Of a stretch of 64,000 nt of DNA, positions 33,032-42,713 are shown piece by piece. The notes under the pieces were generated by a model. That model did no database searches. It saw only the letters and a list, made by a program, of their open reading frames with translations, and was not told where the DNA came from. Position 1 is the first letter of the stretch; each line of letters starts with the position of its first letter. The translations under genes were made by a program, and so were the position numbers. Source of the stretch: Pontixanthobacter sp. (GTDB lineage: Bacteria > Pseudomonadota > Alphaproteobacteria > Sphingomonadales > Sphingomonadaceae); assembly GCF_049682855.1 (NCBI RefSeq), contig NZ_JBAUIK010000013.1, positions 128,932-192,931 on the forward strand, read 5' to 3'.

Positions 33032-34558
33032 CTACCCCTCCTGCCGTGCGGCCTGCTGATACTCGTCCTTCAATTTACGTTTATAGAGCTTGCCATTGGC
33101 TTCGCGCGGTAACGCGGCGCGGAAGTCGAAAATCCTGGGCATTTTCAGCCGTCCGAGCACGCCCGACAAATATCCGGTCAGCTCCGCCTGCAAAGCGTCC
33201 CCTGCATCATCCATTGACACCGGCTGCACCACGGCAACGACTTGTTCGCCCATTTCGGGGCATGGCGCGCCGATAACTGCGGCATCCATGACCTTGTCAT
33301 GACTGACCAGCAGATTCTCGACTTCCTGCGGGTAGATATTCACTCCGCCGGAAATGATCATATTGCTGCGCCGGTCCGTGAGATAGAGGAACCCGTCAGA
33401 ATCCAGCTTCCCGATATCGCCCAAAGTCGTCCAGCCCTTGGGGTGCGTGGCCTCTTTGGTCTTTGCATCGTCTTTGTGGTACTGAAACGGATAGGGGCTT
33501 TCGAAGAAAATCACCCCCTCTTTGCCCACGGGCATTTCATTGCCATCATCATCGCAGACATGGATAATGCCCAAGATGGCGCGCCCGACAGACCCCTGAT
33601 GCGTGACCCAATCGGCACTGCTGCACAGGGTCATGCCGTTGCCTTCGCTGCCTGCATAATATTCAAAAATAATCGGGCCCCACCACGCAATCATCGCGCG
33701 CTTGATGTCCGCCGGACACGGCGCGGCAGCATGGATGGCGCATTCATGCGAAGACAGATCATACTGGCTGCGCGCATCAGCTGGCAGTTTGAGCATCCGC
33801 ACGAAATGGGTTGGCACCCACTGGCTGCAATTGATCCGGTATTTTTCGATCGCGGCCAACGCATCTTCGGGATCAAACTTCTCCATAATCACCACCGTAC
33901 CGCCCAATCGGTGGATCGCGCTCGACCAGCCAAGCGGCGCGGCATGATAGAGCGGCGCGGGTGAGAGATAGCGGGCGCTGCCATCGGCTTTTATTCCGAA
34001 ACCCATAGTCGCCAGACCCATTAACGGGCTGGGCGCTTTAACATCAGGGTCTTCGGGCGGCGCGGGTAAAATGCCTTTGGGCCGGCCGGTCGTGCCCGAG
34101 CTATAGAGCATAACGCGGCCAACGCTCTGATCGGCAATCGGGTGTGCGGGCATGGCGGCAAGAGCCTCTTCGCCGCCTGCGCCAAATGTAAGAGCGGGCA
34201 AATCCGCACTCGCCACCGGAAGATCGGCGACGATGGCATCAAATTTCGGTGTCGTGATCAACAGCTTCGCATCGCTGTCACTGAGAATATATGCGATTTC
34301 ACTGGCGGTCAGGTGTGTCGATATCGGTACCAGCACGGTCCCGGCGCGCTGTGATGCCCAATACACTTCGTGATAGCGCGCATTGTTCTGCATCAGCACG
34401 CCAAAGGCATCACCGTCCTTCAGGCCCTGCGCGCGCAGCCAGTGAGCAAGCCGGTTGGCCGCTTCGTCCAATGCCCGGTAACTGACGGTTTCCCCGCTCC
34501 CTGCCATGATGATCGCGGGATGATCGGGGCGGCTTTCAGCGAACTGGATCGGGTGCAT
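33032..34558 (-). CDS. AMP-dependent acyl-CoA synthetase/ligase
   Basis: 508-aa ORF with the AMP-binding motif YSSGTTGRPKG, GDIGKLDSDGFLYLTDR and a terminal GKLYKRKL. Its stop lies 3 nt before the P450 start. Confidence 0.85.
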   Translation of the reverse strand: MHPIQFAESRPDHPAIIMAGSGETVSYRALDEAANRLAHWLRAQGLKDGDAFGVLMQNNARYHEVYWASQRAGTVLVPISTHLTASEIAYILSDSDAKLLITTPKFDAIVADLPVASADLPALTFGAGGEEALAAMPAHPIADQSVGRVMLYSSGTTGRPKGILPAPPEDPDVKAPSPLMGLATMGFGIKADGSARYLSPAPLYHAAPLGWSSAIHRLGGTVVIMEKFDPEDALAAIEKYRINCSQWVPTHFVRMLKLPADARSQYDLSSHECAIHAAAPCPADIKRAMIAWWGPIIFEYYAGSEGNGMTLCSSADWVTHQGSVGRAILGIIHVCDDDGNEMPVGKEGVIFFESPYPFQYHKDDAKTKEATHPKGWTTLGDIGKLDSDGFLYLTDRRSNMIISGGVNIYPQEVENLLVSHDKVMDAAVIGAPCPEMGEQVVAVVQPVSMDDAGDALQAELTGYLSGVLGRLKMPRIFDFRAALPREANGKLYKRKLKDEYQQAARQEG

Positions 34559-34623
34559 GGGGATTCCTCTCTCGGCGTCACCCTATTCACGCAGTCCCGA
34601 TCGGCAAGCAAAAACCAAAGGAT

Positions 34624-34664
34624 AATAAAAAACGGCGGTCACCGATTGGCCGGTGACCGCCGTT
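34624..34664 (-). terminator. Strong rho-independent terminator after the M23 peptidase gene
   Basis: A perfect 14-bp stem (34631-34644 pairs with 34651-34664) encloses a 6-nt loop. On the minus strand it is followed by TTTTTTATTAT. Confidence 0.8.
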
Positions 34665-34742
34665 TCAAAAATCAGACACCCTCTCCGATGTCTTCTTATA
34701 TCTGCCAGAGCTCCTATTGAACGGGATGCCGTAAGATCAAAA

Positions 34743-35480
34743 TTATTGGCCGCCGCGTCCATTTTGAGAAGCGGTGAGCGCGAAAGCTTTCTGCGCTTCG
34801 GTTTCTGCCATATAGGGCATGGGATTTACCGCGCGGCCATCAACCCGCACTTCATAATGCAGATGCGGTCCGGTAGAGCGGCCGGTCGAACCGACATAGC
34901 CGATCACATCGCCCTTTTTCACTTCGTCACCGGCTGCAACAGCCAGACGGGACAGATGCGCAAACCGCGTTTGCAACTGGGCACCATGTTCGATGGAAAT
35001 ATACAGGCCATAACTGCTGAAGCGGTTTGCCCGGCTCACCACACCGTCAGCGGTCGCATATACCGGTGTGCCGGTTGGGGCCGCCAGGTCGATACCGTTG
35101 TGACCCCGGCGTCCGCCCAGAACCGGGTGAGTCCGCATACCGTATCCACTGGAAAGGCGCGCGCTGTTGAGCGGCATGCGCGAAGGGATGGACACCGCAG
35201 CGGTGGGTGCCGGTGCGATCTCGTCTTCCCCGTCCAACGCTTCCCACCGGGCGAACAATTCGCTAAACTGAGCATCTCCGCCAGTGATCGTGGTTGCCTG
35301 CGCATCGCGGACCGGGGCGGCTACATCAGCAGTAGAGGCGCTGGTATTGGCGAGAGCAGGTGCCGCAGCAACGGTTGTAAAACCGGCGAGAGCGAGAACG
35401 GCGGCGGCAAAACCGCGTTTCAAAGTCGATACAACCACAAAGTTTCCCTTGGTTACGGAACCAATATCCGCGAGGAGCAT
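34743..35480 (-). CDS. M23 family metallopeptidase (LytM/peptidoglycan DD-endopeptidase-like)
   Basis: 245-aa ORF with a signal peptide. The motifs HNGIDLAAPTGTPVYA and GSTGRSTGPHLHYEV are present. Confidence 0.85.
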   Translation of the reverse strand: MLLADIGSVTKGNFVVVSTLKRGFAAAVLALAGFTTVAAAPALANTSASTADVAAPVRDAQATTITGGDAQFSELFARWEALDGEDEIAPAPTAAVSIPSRMPLNSARLSSGYGMRTHPVLGGRRGHNGIDLAAPTGTPVYATADGVVSRANRFSSYGLYISIEHGAQLQTRFAHLSRLAVAAGDEVKKGDVIGYVGSTGRSTGPHLHYEVRVDGRAVNPMPYMAETEAQKAFALTASQNGRGGQ

Positions 35481-35548
35481 TATTGAACTAACCGGAAGTG
35501 TAGGTGCCGGCCCGTGTTCGTTGATTATGTGGTTACGTTCCGAAACAT

Positions 35549-36400
35549 TTATGAAGCAAGGCTGTCATAGAAGTCTCGCGACAAACCGGCTGCGAGACGC
35601 GCCGAGTCGTTAAAAGGGGCCTTAAGCCCTCCGCGAAAATGCTCTCTGACCAGGGATTTCCAGCGTTCTTGCGGTGATTGCGGTAAATCGCCCGGTAATC
35701 TTTCCGAATCTTCACAATCCGAATTTTCACAATGCGCGATAAAATGTTTGGTTCCGATGGCGACGTGACGAATTTCATCGTCAAGTATCCTCTCCAGAAT
35801 TTTCGCGCCGCCACTGTCGCCTTGGGCACGAACCCTCTCCAGCATTGCAGGCGTGACATCCAGCCCGCGCGCTTCAAGCACCATCGGCACGATAGCCAGC
35901 CGTGCCGCGACATCATGCGATGTGCGCGCGGCCGTTTCCCACAATCCGGCATGGGCAGGCAGCGCGCCGTAATGGCTGCCCATCCGGCGCAATTTCCGGT
36001 CAAGCAAGGCAAAATGCATCGCCTCATCCGCCGCAACCGCCATGAAGTCAGATACAAACTCACGCCCCATCTGCGCGCCAAACCGGCCAGCCATATCCAG
36101 CGCCAGATCAATCGCGACAAATTCTATATGCGCCAGCGCGTGCCACAGCGCGATCCGCCCTTTTTCCGCCCCGCCCTTACCGCGCCCCATTGTTCGTCGC
36201 GGCATATCGCGCGGGTCACGCAACTGCGGCGCATCGGGCCAGGCGGGCCTGTCCGGCATGGGCGTATCGAAAGTCAATGCCAACCGGCCCAGCCGCCAGT
36301 CACGCGCCGCATCGCGCGCCGCCATTGTCTTGGCGCGCGGGTCAGCGGTCAGCAGCGCAGCGGCGATGGCTGCGCTAAGGGAGGGTAACGGTGTGCTCAC
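35549..36400 (-). CDS. Ferritin-like DUF455 family protein
   Basis: 283-aa ORF with paired helix motifs HALAHIEFVAIDLALD and DEIRHVAIG, typical of a di-iron ferritin-like fold. The family call is from memory. Confidence 0.55.
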   Translation of the reverse strand: MSTPLPSLSAAIAAALLTADPRAKTMAARDAARDWRLGRLALTFDTPMPDRPAWPDAPQLRDPRDMPRRTMGRGKGGAEKGRIALWHALAHIEFVAIDLALDMAGRFGAQMGREFVSDFMAVAADEAMHFALLDRKLRRMGSHYGALPAHAGLWETAARTSHDVAARLAIVPMVLEARGLDVTPAMLERVRAQGDSGGAKILERILDDEIRHVAIGTKHFIAHCENSDCEDSERLPGDLPQSPQERWKSLVREHFRGGLKAPFNDSARLAAGLSRDFYDSLAS

Positions 36401-36440
36401 GCGGTGGATTATAGCGCCTGTTTGCTAAAGCGCGAATTTG

Positions 36441-36914
36441 CTAGAGGGTCTGCGCAGCGGCAAGCACCTCTTCTGCGTGCCCTTTCACTTTCACCTTGTT
36501 CCACACCTGCGCGATAATGCCATTTCTGCTGACCAGCACCGTGGTGCGGACCATGCCCATATAGGTTTTGCCGTACATCTGTTTCTCGGTCCAAATCCCC
36601 AGCGCATCAGACAGGCCGTTCTCTTGCCCGTCCGTCGCCAAGCGGACGGTCAGATCATGCTTGGCGATAAAGTTCAGATGTTTCTTTGGTGAACACTTGC
36701 TGATCCCCAGAATATCGGTGCCAGCTGATTCGAAATCGGCTTTCAGTGCGGAGAAGTCTTTTGCTTCATTGGTGCAGCCGGGCGTATTGTCTTTGGGGTA
36801 GAAAAACAGGACCAGCTTGCGCCCGGCAAAATCGGATGGCGTCACCTGGCCGCCATCGGGGGTTTCCATCGCAATGTCGGGCACCGCGTTTCCGGCTTCG
36901 AGAGGTGTGGTCAT
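36441..36914 (-). CDS. bcp: Thioredoxin-dependent peroxiredoxin Bcp
   Basis: The motif FYPKDNTPGCTNEA contains the peroxidatic Cys. The start ATG at 36914 overlaps the glnE stop (ATGA). The track ORF starts 42 nt earlier. Confidence 0.85.
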   Translation of the reverse strand: MTTPLEAGNAVPDIAMETPDGGQVTPSDFAGRKLVLFFYPKDNTPGCTNEAKDFSALKADFESAGTDILGISKCSPKKHLNFIAKHDLTVRLATDGQENGLSDALGIWTEKQMYGKTYMGMVRTTVLVSRNGIIAQVWNKVKVKGHAEEVLAAAQTL

Positions 36915-39712
36915 CTGTCTATCTCCAATATCTCGCCAAAGACCTGCTGCCAGCACTCCGCCACATCACGCCGTATGGCTGTTAACACGTCTGAAAGCGC
37001 ATTTGGGTCCCGGCATCCGGCGGATTTCGCCAATTGCGCCGCGGCTGTGTGTGATACGGGCATTTCCAGGCCAGGCGCAAGCAGGCGCGCCGCGACGAGG
37101 AACCGGGTCATCACATCATGAGCGTGAACCAGCGCATCAGGCAGCAATCCTTCGCCCGCCAGAGCGCGCGTCGCCCGGCCCAGATCAGGCACCAGGCCAG
37201 TGTGCGTTTTAAGCTGGAGGTAATGGACCATAAATTCCAGATCGACGAGCCCGCCGCGCAGCAGCTTGACATCCAGCGGACCTTTTGGGGTTTTGTGCTG
37301 TGCCATCTGATTGCGCATTGCGAGGATGCGCGCGTGCAATGCATCACCATCGCGCGCGATGCGCAGAATATCCGCAATGGTCCGGTCCAGTTCGGCCCGG
37401 ATTGCGGGCGACCCCGTCATCACCCGCGCTCTGCTCAGCGCCATATGTTCCCATGTCCACGCATCCTCGCGCTGATATTTGGCAAAGCTGTCTATGCTGA
37501 CCGCCAGCGGACCCTGCGCACCCTGCGGGCGGAGCCGTGTATCCACCTCGTACAGCGCGCCCTGCGCGGTCGGCACGCTCAGCGCCGCGCTGATCCGCTG
37601 GGCAAGCCGGTTGTAATAGAGCGTCGCACCCAGAGGCCGCTGACCATCTGACACCGCATCGAACGCCCCGCTGAAAAGATAGATGATATCGAGATCGGAA
37701 CTATGCGTCAGCGCGCCGCCGCCCAGACGGCCCAAACCGACAATGGCCAGCTCGCTGCCCGGTATGGCGCCGTGAACCGAAGCAAATTCCTCTGTCGCGG
37801 AGGACGCCGCTGCCAGCATGGCCGCTTCAGCCAATCGCGACAGGCCGGCGGCAATGTCCAGCGGATCATGCACAGCCTCGATCAATTGCACGCCCAGCGC
37901 AAAGCGGATTTCACCCGTGACGATACGGATGCGGTCAAGAGTGCGCTCATAATCATGTCCCAGATCAGGGCGCAGCATACTGCCGGCCACCGCGGCGGGC
38001 GTGTCAGGCAATGCCAGCGCGCTTTGATCGACCAGCGTATCGAACAGTTCCGACCGCGCGACCAGATCATCGGCCAGCGGGTCCGCCAGGGTGAGAATAC
38101 GGATCAACTGGTCGAACAATCCCGGCCGCGCCTCCAGCAGACGGAACAGATTGACCGCGCTGGATGTCCGCCGCAGAAAATCCTCCCACCGCACCACTGC
38201 CCGCTGCGGATCGGGCGCAGCGGCCAAAGCATCGAGAAGCGCAGGTAAAATCGCTTCGAACGCGGCCACGGCAGCACTGCTTTTCAGCGCGCGGATATGT
38301 CCGTCTGTCCATCCGGCAATTCGCGCCGTCAGGGCGTGCGGTTCCGCAAGGCCCAGCTGGCTGATGCGCTGCAACACAGTGCTGCCTTGCGCGGCTGACG
38401 CAGCGGCCCCGGACGGCGGCTGTGCATCTATCAGCCGGTCGAATCGCTGCGCGACCTGGCAGGTTATACTTTCAAGATGTGCCAGCAGCGCGGCGCTGTC
38501 TCGATAGCCGCTCAGCGCCGCCACATTATCCAAGGCGGCACCCCCCGGCAGGCTATGCGTCTGGTGATCATTGACCATTTGCAGCCGGTGTTCGATCACG
38601 CGCAGCGCATCATATGCATCCCCCAAAGCAGTCGCATCTTCAGGATCGATTATCGCCGAAGCGGCAAGCGCATCCAGCGCCTGACGCGTGCGGCGGGACC
38701 GCAGAGACGGATCGCGCCCGCCATGTATCAGCTGATGCGTCTGCGCGTAAAATTCTGTTTCGCGAATCCCGCCCCGGCCTTGCTTGAGATTATACTCCGG
38801 AAACGGGACCAGCGGCCCCTGATAGGCCTCCCTTATGCGCATAGTCAGGCGGGTGATCTCGTCAATAGCGCCGAAATCGAGGCTGCGCCGCCAGACAAAT
38901 GGCGTGATTGCATCGAGAAACGCTTCCCCCGCCGGAATGTCACCTGCTGCCGCGCGCGCGCGAATGAATGCAGCGCGCTCCCATGCCAGCGCAGAGGATT
39001 CATAATGCGACAATGCGGTGGGCGTGGAAATGGCGAGCGGGCTCACTTCGGATGCAGGCCGTAGCCGCAGATCGACACGGAAAACATACCCCTGCGCTGT
39101 TACATCGGACAGCAGCTGAACAATCTGCCGCGCATAACGCTGGGCGGCATCACCCGGCTCGTCGCGCGCCCGGCGGGGCAACGTATCGGGATCATACAGC
39201 AATATCGGATCGATATCAGAGCTGTAATTGAGCTCGCCCGCGCCGTGTTTGCCCAGTGCAATCCCGATCAGACCGGCAGGCGCACTATCGGGCACTCGCC
39301 TGGCGATCACTGCGGCGATGGCTGTGTGCAGCGCCCGGTCGGCAAAGTCGGACAGATGCTGCATGACAAAATCGACCGGATAGGCGCCGGCCAGATCACC
39401 AATCGCCAGCACGGTACCCAGCGCCAGCTTCTCGCGCCGCAATGCCATGCCGGTGTCGCTGGTTCCCTCGCCCGCAATCAGGGCCAATGCGAGGGCGGCA
39501 TCGCTGTTTCCCTCTGCCAGCAGCGCCGCCAGTTCAGGCTGCCGGGCCAGCGCGCCGCGCAAAAAAGGCGAATGGCTCTGCGCCCGCGCCAAGGCCGATT
39601 GCCAATCTCCTTCTGGCCAATCGCCGTCTGTTGTGCTGCTTACCATCGCTATACTCTTGCCCCGATCGGCTTCCTTTGCAATGAGGCTTTGCCATGAGGC
39701 CTTTTCCCGCAT
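36911..39712 (-). CDS. glnE: Bifunctional glutamine synthetase adenylyltransferase/adenylyl-removing enzyme
   Basis: 933-aa ORF with two nucleotidyltransferase cores (GKHGAGELNYSSDIDPILLY and GLGRLGGGALTHSSDLDIIYLF). The true start may be the internal MVSSTT at 39646. Confidence 0.93.
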   Translation of the reverse strand: MREKASWQSLIAKEADRGKSIAMVSSTTDGDWPEGDWQSALARAQSHSPFLRGALARQPELAALLAEGNSDAALALALIAGEGTSDTGMALRREKLALGTVLAIGDLAGAYPVDFVMQHLSDFADRALHTAIAAVIARRVPDSAPAGLIGIALGKHGAGELNYSSDIDPILLYDPDTLPRRARDEPGDAAQRYARQIVQLLSDVTAQGYVFRVDLRLRPASEVSPLAISTPTALSHYESSALAWERAAFIRARAAAGDIPAGEAFLDAITPFVWRRSLDFGAIDEITRLTMRIREAYQGPLVPFPEYNLKQGRGGIRETEFYAQTHQLIHGGRDPSLRSRRTRQALDALAASAIIDPEDATALGDAYDALRVIEHRLQMVNDHQTHSLPGGAALDNVAALSGYRDSAALLAHLESITCQVAQRFDRLIDAQPPSGAAASAAQGSTVLQRISQLGLAEPHALTARIAGWTDGHIRALKSSAAVAAFEAILPALLDALAAAPDPQRAVVRWEDFLRRTSSAVNLFRLLEARPGLFDQLIRILTLADPLADDLVARSELFDTLVDQSALALPDTPAAVAGSMLRPDLGHDYERTLDRIRIVTGEIRFALGVQLIEAVHDPLDIAAGLSRLAEAAMLAAASSATEEFASVHGAIPGSELAIVGLGRLGGGALTHSSDLDIIYLFSGAFDAVSDGQRPLGATLYYNRLAQRISAALSVPTAQGALYEVDTRLRPQGAQGPLAVSIDSFAKYQREDAWTWEHMALSRARVMTGSPAIRAELDRTIADILRIARDGDALHARILAMRNQMAQHKTPKGPLDVKLLRGGLVDLEFMVHYLQLKTHTGLVPDLGRATRALAGEGLLPDALVHAHDVMTRFLVAARLLAPGLEMPVSHTAAAQLAKSAGCRDPNALSDVLTAIRRDVAECWQQVFGEILEIDR

Positions 39713-39764
39713 TTCCGTTTTTGCCAGCCATGCTGATGGCTCGCCCGACTGTTAGGACATCGAT

Positions 39765-41435
39765 ATGATCCGCACACTGATTGCTGCAACCGCCATGATC
39801 GCGCTGGGCGCCTGTACCCCGGCTGCCGAGCTTGACATTCCCGATGTGGAACCGGGCGAAATCTCGCAGGATACAATGGTCGATATTACGCGGACATTGT
39901 CGCTCGATGAATTTGAGGGACGGATGCCGGGCACCATCGGCGAGGAGAAAACCGTCGCCTTGCTGATCGAACGCTTTGCGCAAGCGGGCCTGCAGCCGGG
40001 CAATGGGGAAAGCTGGGTCCAGCAAGTGCCGCTGGTGGAGATTACCGGCAAGGATTTTGCGCCCTTGGCGGTGAGGGGGGACGGCATTGATCTCAGCTTT
40101 GATTTTGGCAAAGATTGGGTCGGGGTCAGTTACCGTGAAGAGGCGCAGACCATTCTGGCCGATAGCGAGCTGGTGTTTGTCGGCTACGGCATCAACGCGC
40201 CCGAACGCGGCTGGAATGATTATGAAGGCATCGACATGACGGGCAAGACCGCCGTCATTCTCGTCAATGATCCCGATTTTGGCACCGAAAGCCTCGAGGG
40301 ACCGTTTAACGGCAAGGCGATGACATATTACGGGCGCTGGACCTATAAATATGAAGAAGCGGCGCGTCAGGGCGCAGCGGCTGCACTGATTGTTCACGAT
40401 ACGGACCCCGCATCCTATGGCTGGAACGTGGTCGAAAGCAGCTGGTCCGGTCCGCAAGCCTATGCCCAGCGCGGTGACAATGCCCCCCCGCTGACGATTA
40501 TGAATGGCTGGCTGCAAAAAGGGGTGGCGGCGCAAATTCTGGAAGCTGCCGGACAGGATCTGGCCACGCTTTCCGCTGCGGCGAGAGAGGAAAGCTTCAC
40601 GCCGGTCCCGCTTGGTCTGACCGCGGGGACCCGCTTTGCCAATGATATGCGGTCCTACCAGTCGCAGAACGTCATCGGCATTCTGCCAGGCAGCGAACGG
40701 GCTGATGAATATGTCATTCACACCGCCCACTGGGATCACCTGGGCCGCTGCACCCCGGCGCCCGATGGCGATGATATTTGCAATGGTGCGGTCGATAATG
40801 CCACCGGCACCGCAGCTCTGGTGGCCTTGGCAGAAGCGCATGTGAAGGCGGGCGCGCCCGCACGAAGCCTGGTTTTCCTGGCGGTGACGGCAGAGGAGCA
40901 AGGGCTGCTCGGCGCGGATTATTATGCCGCCAATCCGGTTTTCCCGCTGGCGCAGACCGTAGGCGGAATAAACATGGACGCCTTTCTGATTGCGGGCACA
41001 TCGAGGGATGTGACGGTCGTCGGCCCGGGCAAATCACGGCTTGATGATTTCCTGACCAAGGCGCTGGAAGACGATGGCCGGGTGGCAACCCCCAACCCGT
41101 CTCCCGAAGCAGGCTATTATTACCGGTCGGACCATTTCGCCTTCGCCAAGCGCGGCGTACCGATGCTGTATGTTGATGGCGGCGAAGATCTGGTCGATGG
41201 CGGGCGCGAAGCGGGTGAAGCGGTATCGAAGGATTACCGCGAAAACCGTTATCACGGGCCGAAAGACGAGTTCAGCGAAGATTGGGACTGGAGCGGTGTG
41301 ATGGCCGATCTGCAATTGTTTTACCGCCTGGGCCGGATGCTGGCGAACAGCACGAGCTGGCCCAACTGGGTGGAAGGCGACGAGTTTAAAGCGACGCGCG
41401 ATGAAAGCTGTGCCGCCTCCCAAACCGGTTGCTGA
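39765..41435 (+). CDS. M28 family aminopeptidase with PA domain, lipoprotein/exported
   Basis: 556-aa ORF with the signal/lipobox IALGAC. The metal-ligand motifs HWDHLG, DNATGTAALVALAE and AEEQGLLG are present. Confidence 0.85.
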   Translation: MIRTLIAATAMIALGACTPAAELDIPDVEPGEISQDTMVDITRTLSLDEFEGRMPGTIGEEKTVALLIERFAQAGLQPGNGESWVQQVPLVEITGKDFAPLAVRGDGIDLSFDFGKDWVGVSYREEAQTILADSELVFVGYGINAPERGWNDYEGIDMTGKTAVILVNDPDFGTESLEGPFNGKAMTYYGRWTYKYEEAARQGAAAALIVHDTDPASYGWNVVESSWSGPQAYAQRGDNAPPLTIMNGWLQKGVAAQILEAAGQDLATLSAAAREESFTPVPLGLTAGTRFANDMRSYQSQNVIGILPGSERADEYVIHTAHWDHLGRCTPAPDGDDICNGAVDNATGTAALVALAEAHVKAGAPARSLVFLAVTAEEQGLLGADYYAANPVFPLAQTVGGINMDAFLIAGTSRDVTVVGPGKSRLDDFLTKALEDDGRVATPNPSPEAGYYYRSDHFAFAKRGVPMLYVDGGEDLVDGGREAGEAVSKDYRENRYHGPKDEFSEDWDWSGVMADLQLFYRLGRMLANSTSWPNWVEGDEFKATRDESCAASQTGC

Positions 41436-41470
41436 AACCTGACCGACACTCTGACCGGAAACGCCGATCC

Positions 41471-42460
41471 ATGACTTTCACCGTGCCGCCCGAATGGGCA
41501 CCGCAGGACTGGATATGGGTCGGTTTTCCGCATGATGGTGATGAATGGCCGGGCTATCTTGCCCGCGCGCAGGAGCAGATTGCCGCCTTTGCCAATGCTG
41601 TTGCGAATAGCGGGCAAGACGTGCGCTTGCTGGTGCGTGATGCGGCCAACCATGCGCGTGCAGCGGAACTGGTCAGCGATGCGGTTACTCTGGACACACG
41701 CAGCTATGGCGATATCTGGCTGCGTGATACAGGTCCGCTGATCGTGACTGACGGGCAGACCCGCCGCGCCGTACGGTTTGGCTTCAATGGCTGGGGCGGT
41801 AAATATCAGATGCCCGGCGATACCGAGATTGGCGCAGACATAGCGCGCGATGCGGGGCTGGGGGTGGACACGCATGACTGGGTGCTGGAAGGCGGCGCGA
41901 TTGACGGCGATGGCACCGGTCTGGTGGTGACGACCGAGCAATGTCTGCTCAACCCCAATCGCAATCCGCAGCTGTGCCGCGATCAGATCGAGGAGAATTT
42001 GCAGTCGGATCTGGGTTTTGATCGCATACTCTGGCTTGGCGAGGGTCTGGTCAATGACCACACCGATGGCCATGTCGATAATCTGGCACGGTTCGTTGCG
42101 CCAAATCGGCTGGCTTTGGCTGTGCCATCCGGCGGAGATGATCCCAATCGCGCCATCTATGACGATGCGCGTCACCGGGCGGTGGCGGCAGGTGTTGCGC
42201 TCGCTGACATACCGTCACCTGGCCTGATCATGCGTGATGGAACCATCGAACCGGCCAGCTATGCCAATTTTGCGGTAACATCGCATCTGGTGGCGGTGCC
42301 CACCTTTGGCTGCGCAAATGATACAGAAGCGGTTGCCGCGATCGGGGCGCTCTTTCCAGATCGCAATACTATCGGGCTTGCCGCCGATGCCGTGCTGGCG
42401 GGGGGCGGGGGGTTTCACTGTGCCAGCCAGCACATGCCCTGCGCCAAAGCGGGCATGTAA
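41471..42460 (+). CDS. Agmatine deiminase family protein
   Basis: The ATG at 41471 gives MTFTVPPEWAPQDW. EGGAIDGDGTG and the C-terminal catalytic Cys motif GGGFHCASQ are present. Confidence 0.8.
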   Translation: MTFTVPPEWAPQDWIWVGFPHDGDEWPGYLARAQEQIAAFANAVANSGQDVRLLVRDAANHARAAELVSDAVTLDTRSYGDIWLRDTGPLIVTDGQTRRAVRFGFNGWGGKYQMPGDTEIGADIARDAGLGVDTHDWVLEGGAIDGDGTGLVVTTEQCLLNPNRNPQLCRDQIEENLQSDLGFDRILWLGEGLVNDHTDGHVDNLARFVAPNRLALAVPSGGDDPNRAIYDDARHRAVAAGVALADIPSPGLIMRDGTIEPASYANFAVTSHLVAVPTFGCANDTEAVAAIGALFPDRNTIGLAADAVLAGGGGFHCASQHMPCAKAGM

Positions 42461-42713
42461 GCGGTCGCGCAGACGCTTAACGTTTCGTTTACGTTTTAAT
42501 CCGACAAGGGCGGTATGCACAAATTGCGCACCTTTGCGGCCAACCGCGCCAGGCTTGTCGAAAGCGCCCGGATCGCTGTGGTGAGCATTTGCGCCGGATC
42601 GTTGATGCTCGCCGGCGCAGTCATGCCGTTCTGATCCTGAAATTTTGCGGCGTAACGTTTTGCGGCCCGCGCGCGAATATCCATGAAACCATCTGTTTCA
42701 CGGGATCCGGATT

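Noticed and set aside
39534-42175. 455-aa and 284-aa minus-strand ORFs opposite the M28 peptidase and agmatine deiminase genes
   Set aside because: The plus-strand products carry clear catalytic motifs (HWDHLG, DNATGTAAL, GGGFHCASQ). The minus-strand translations are Arg/Gly/His-rich with no recognisable domain.
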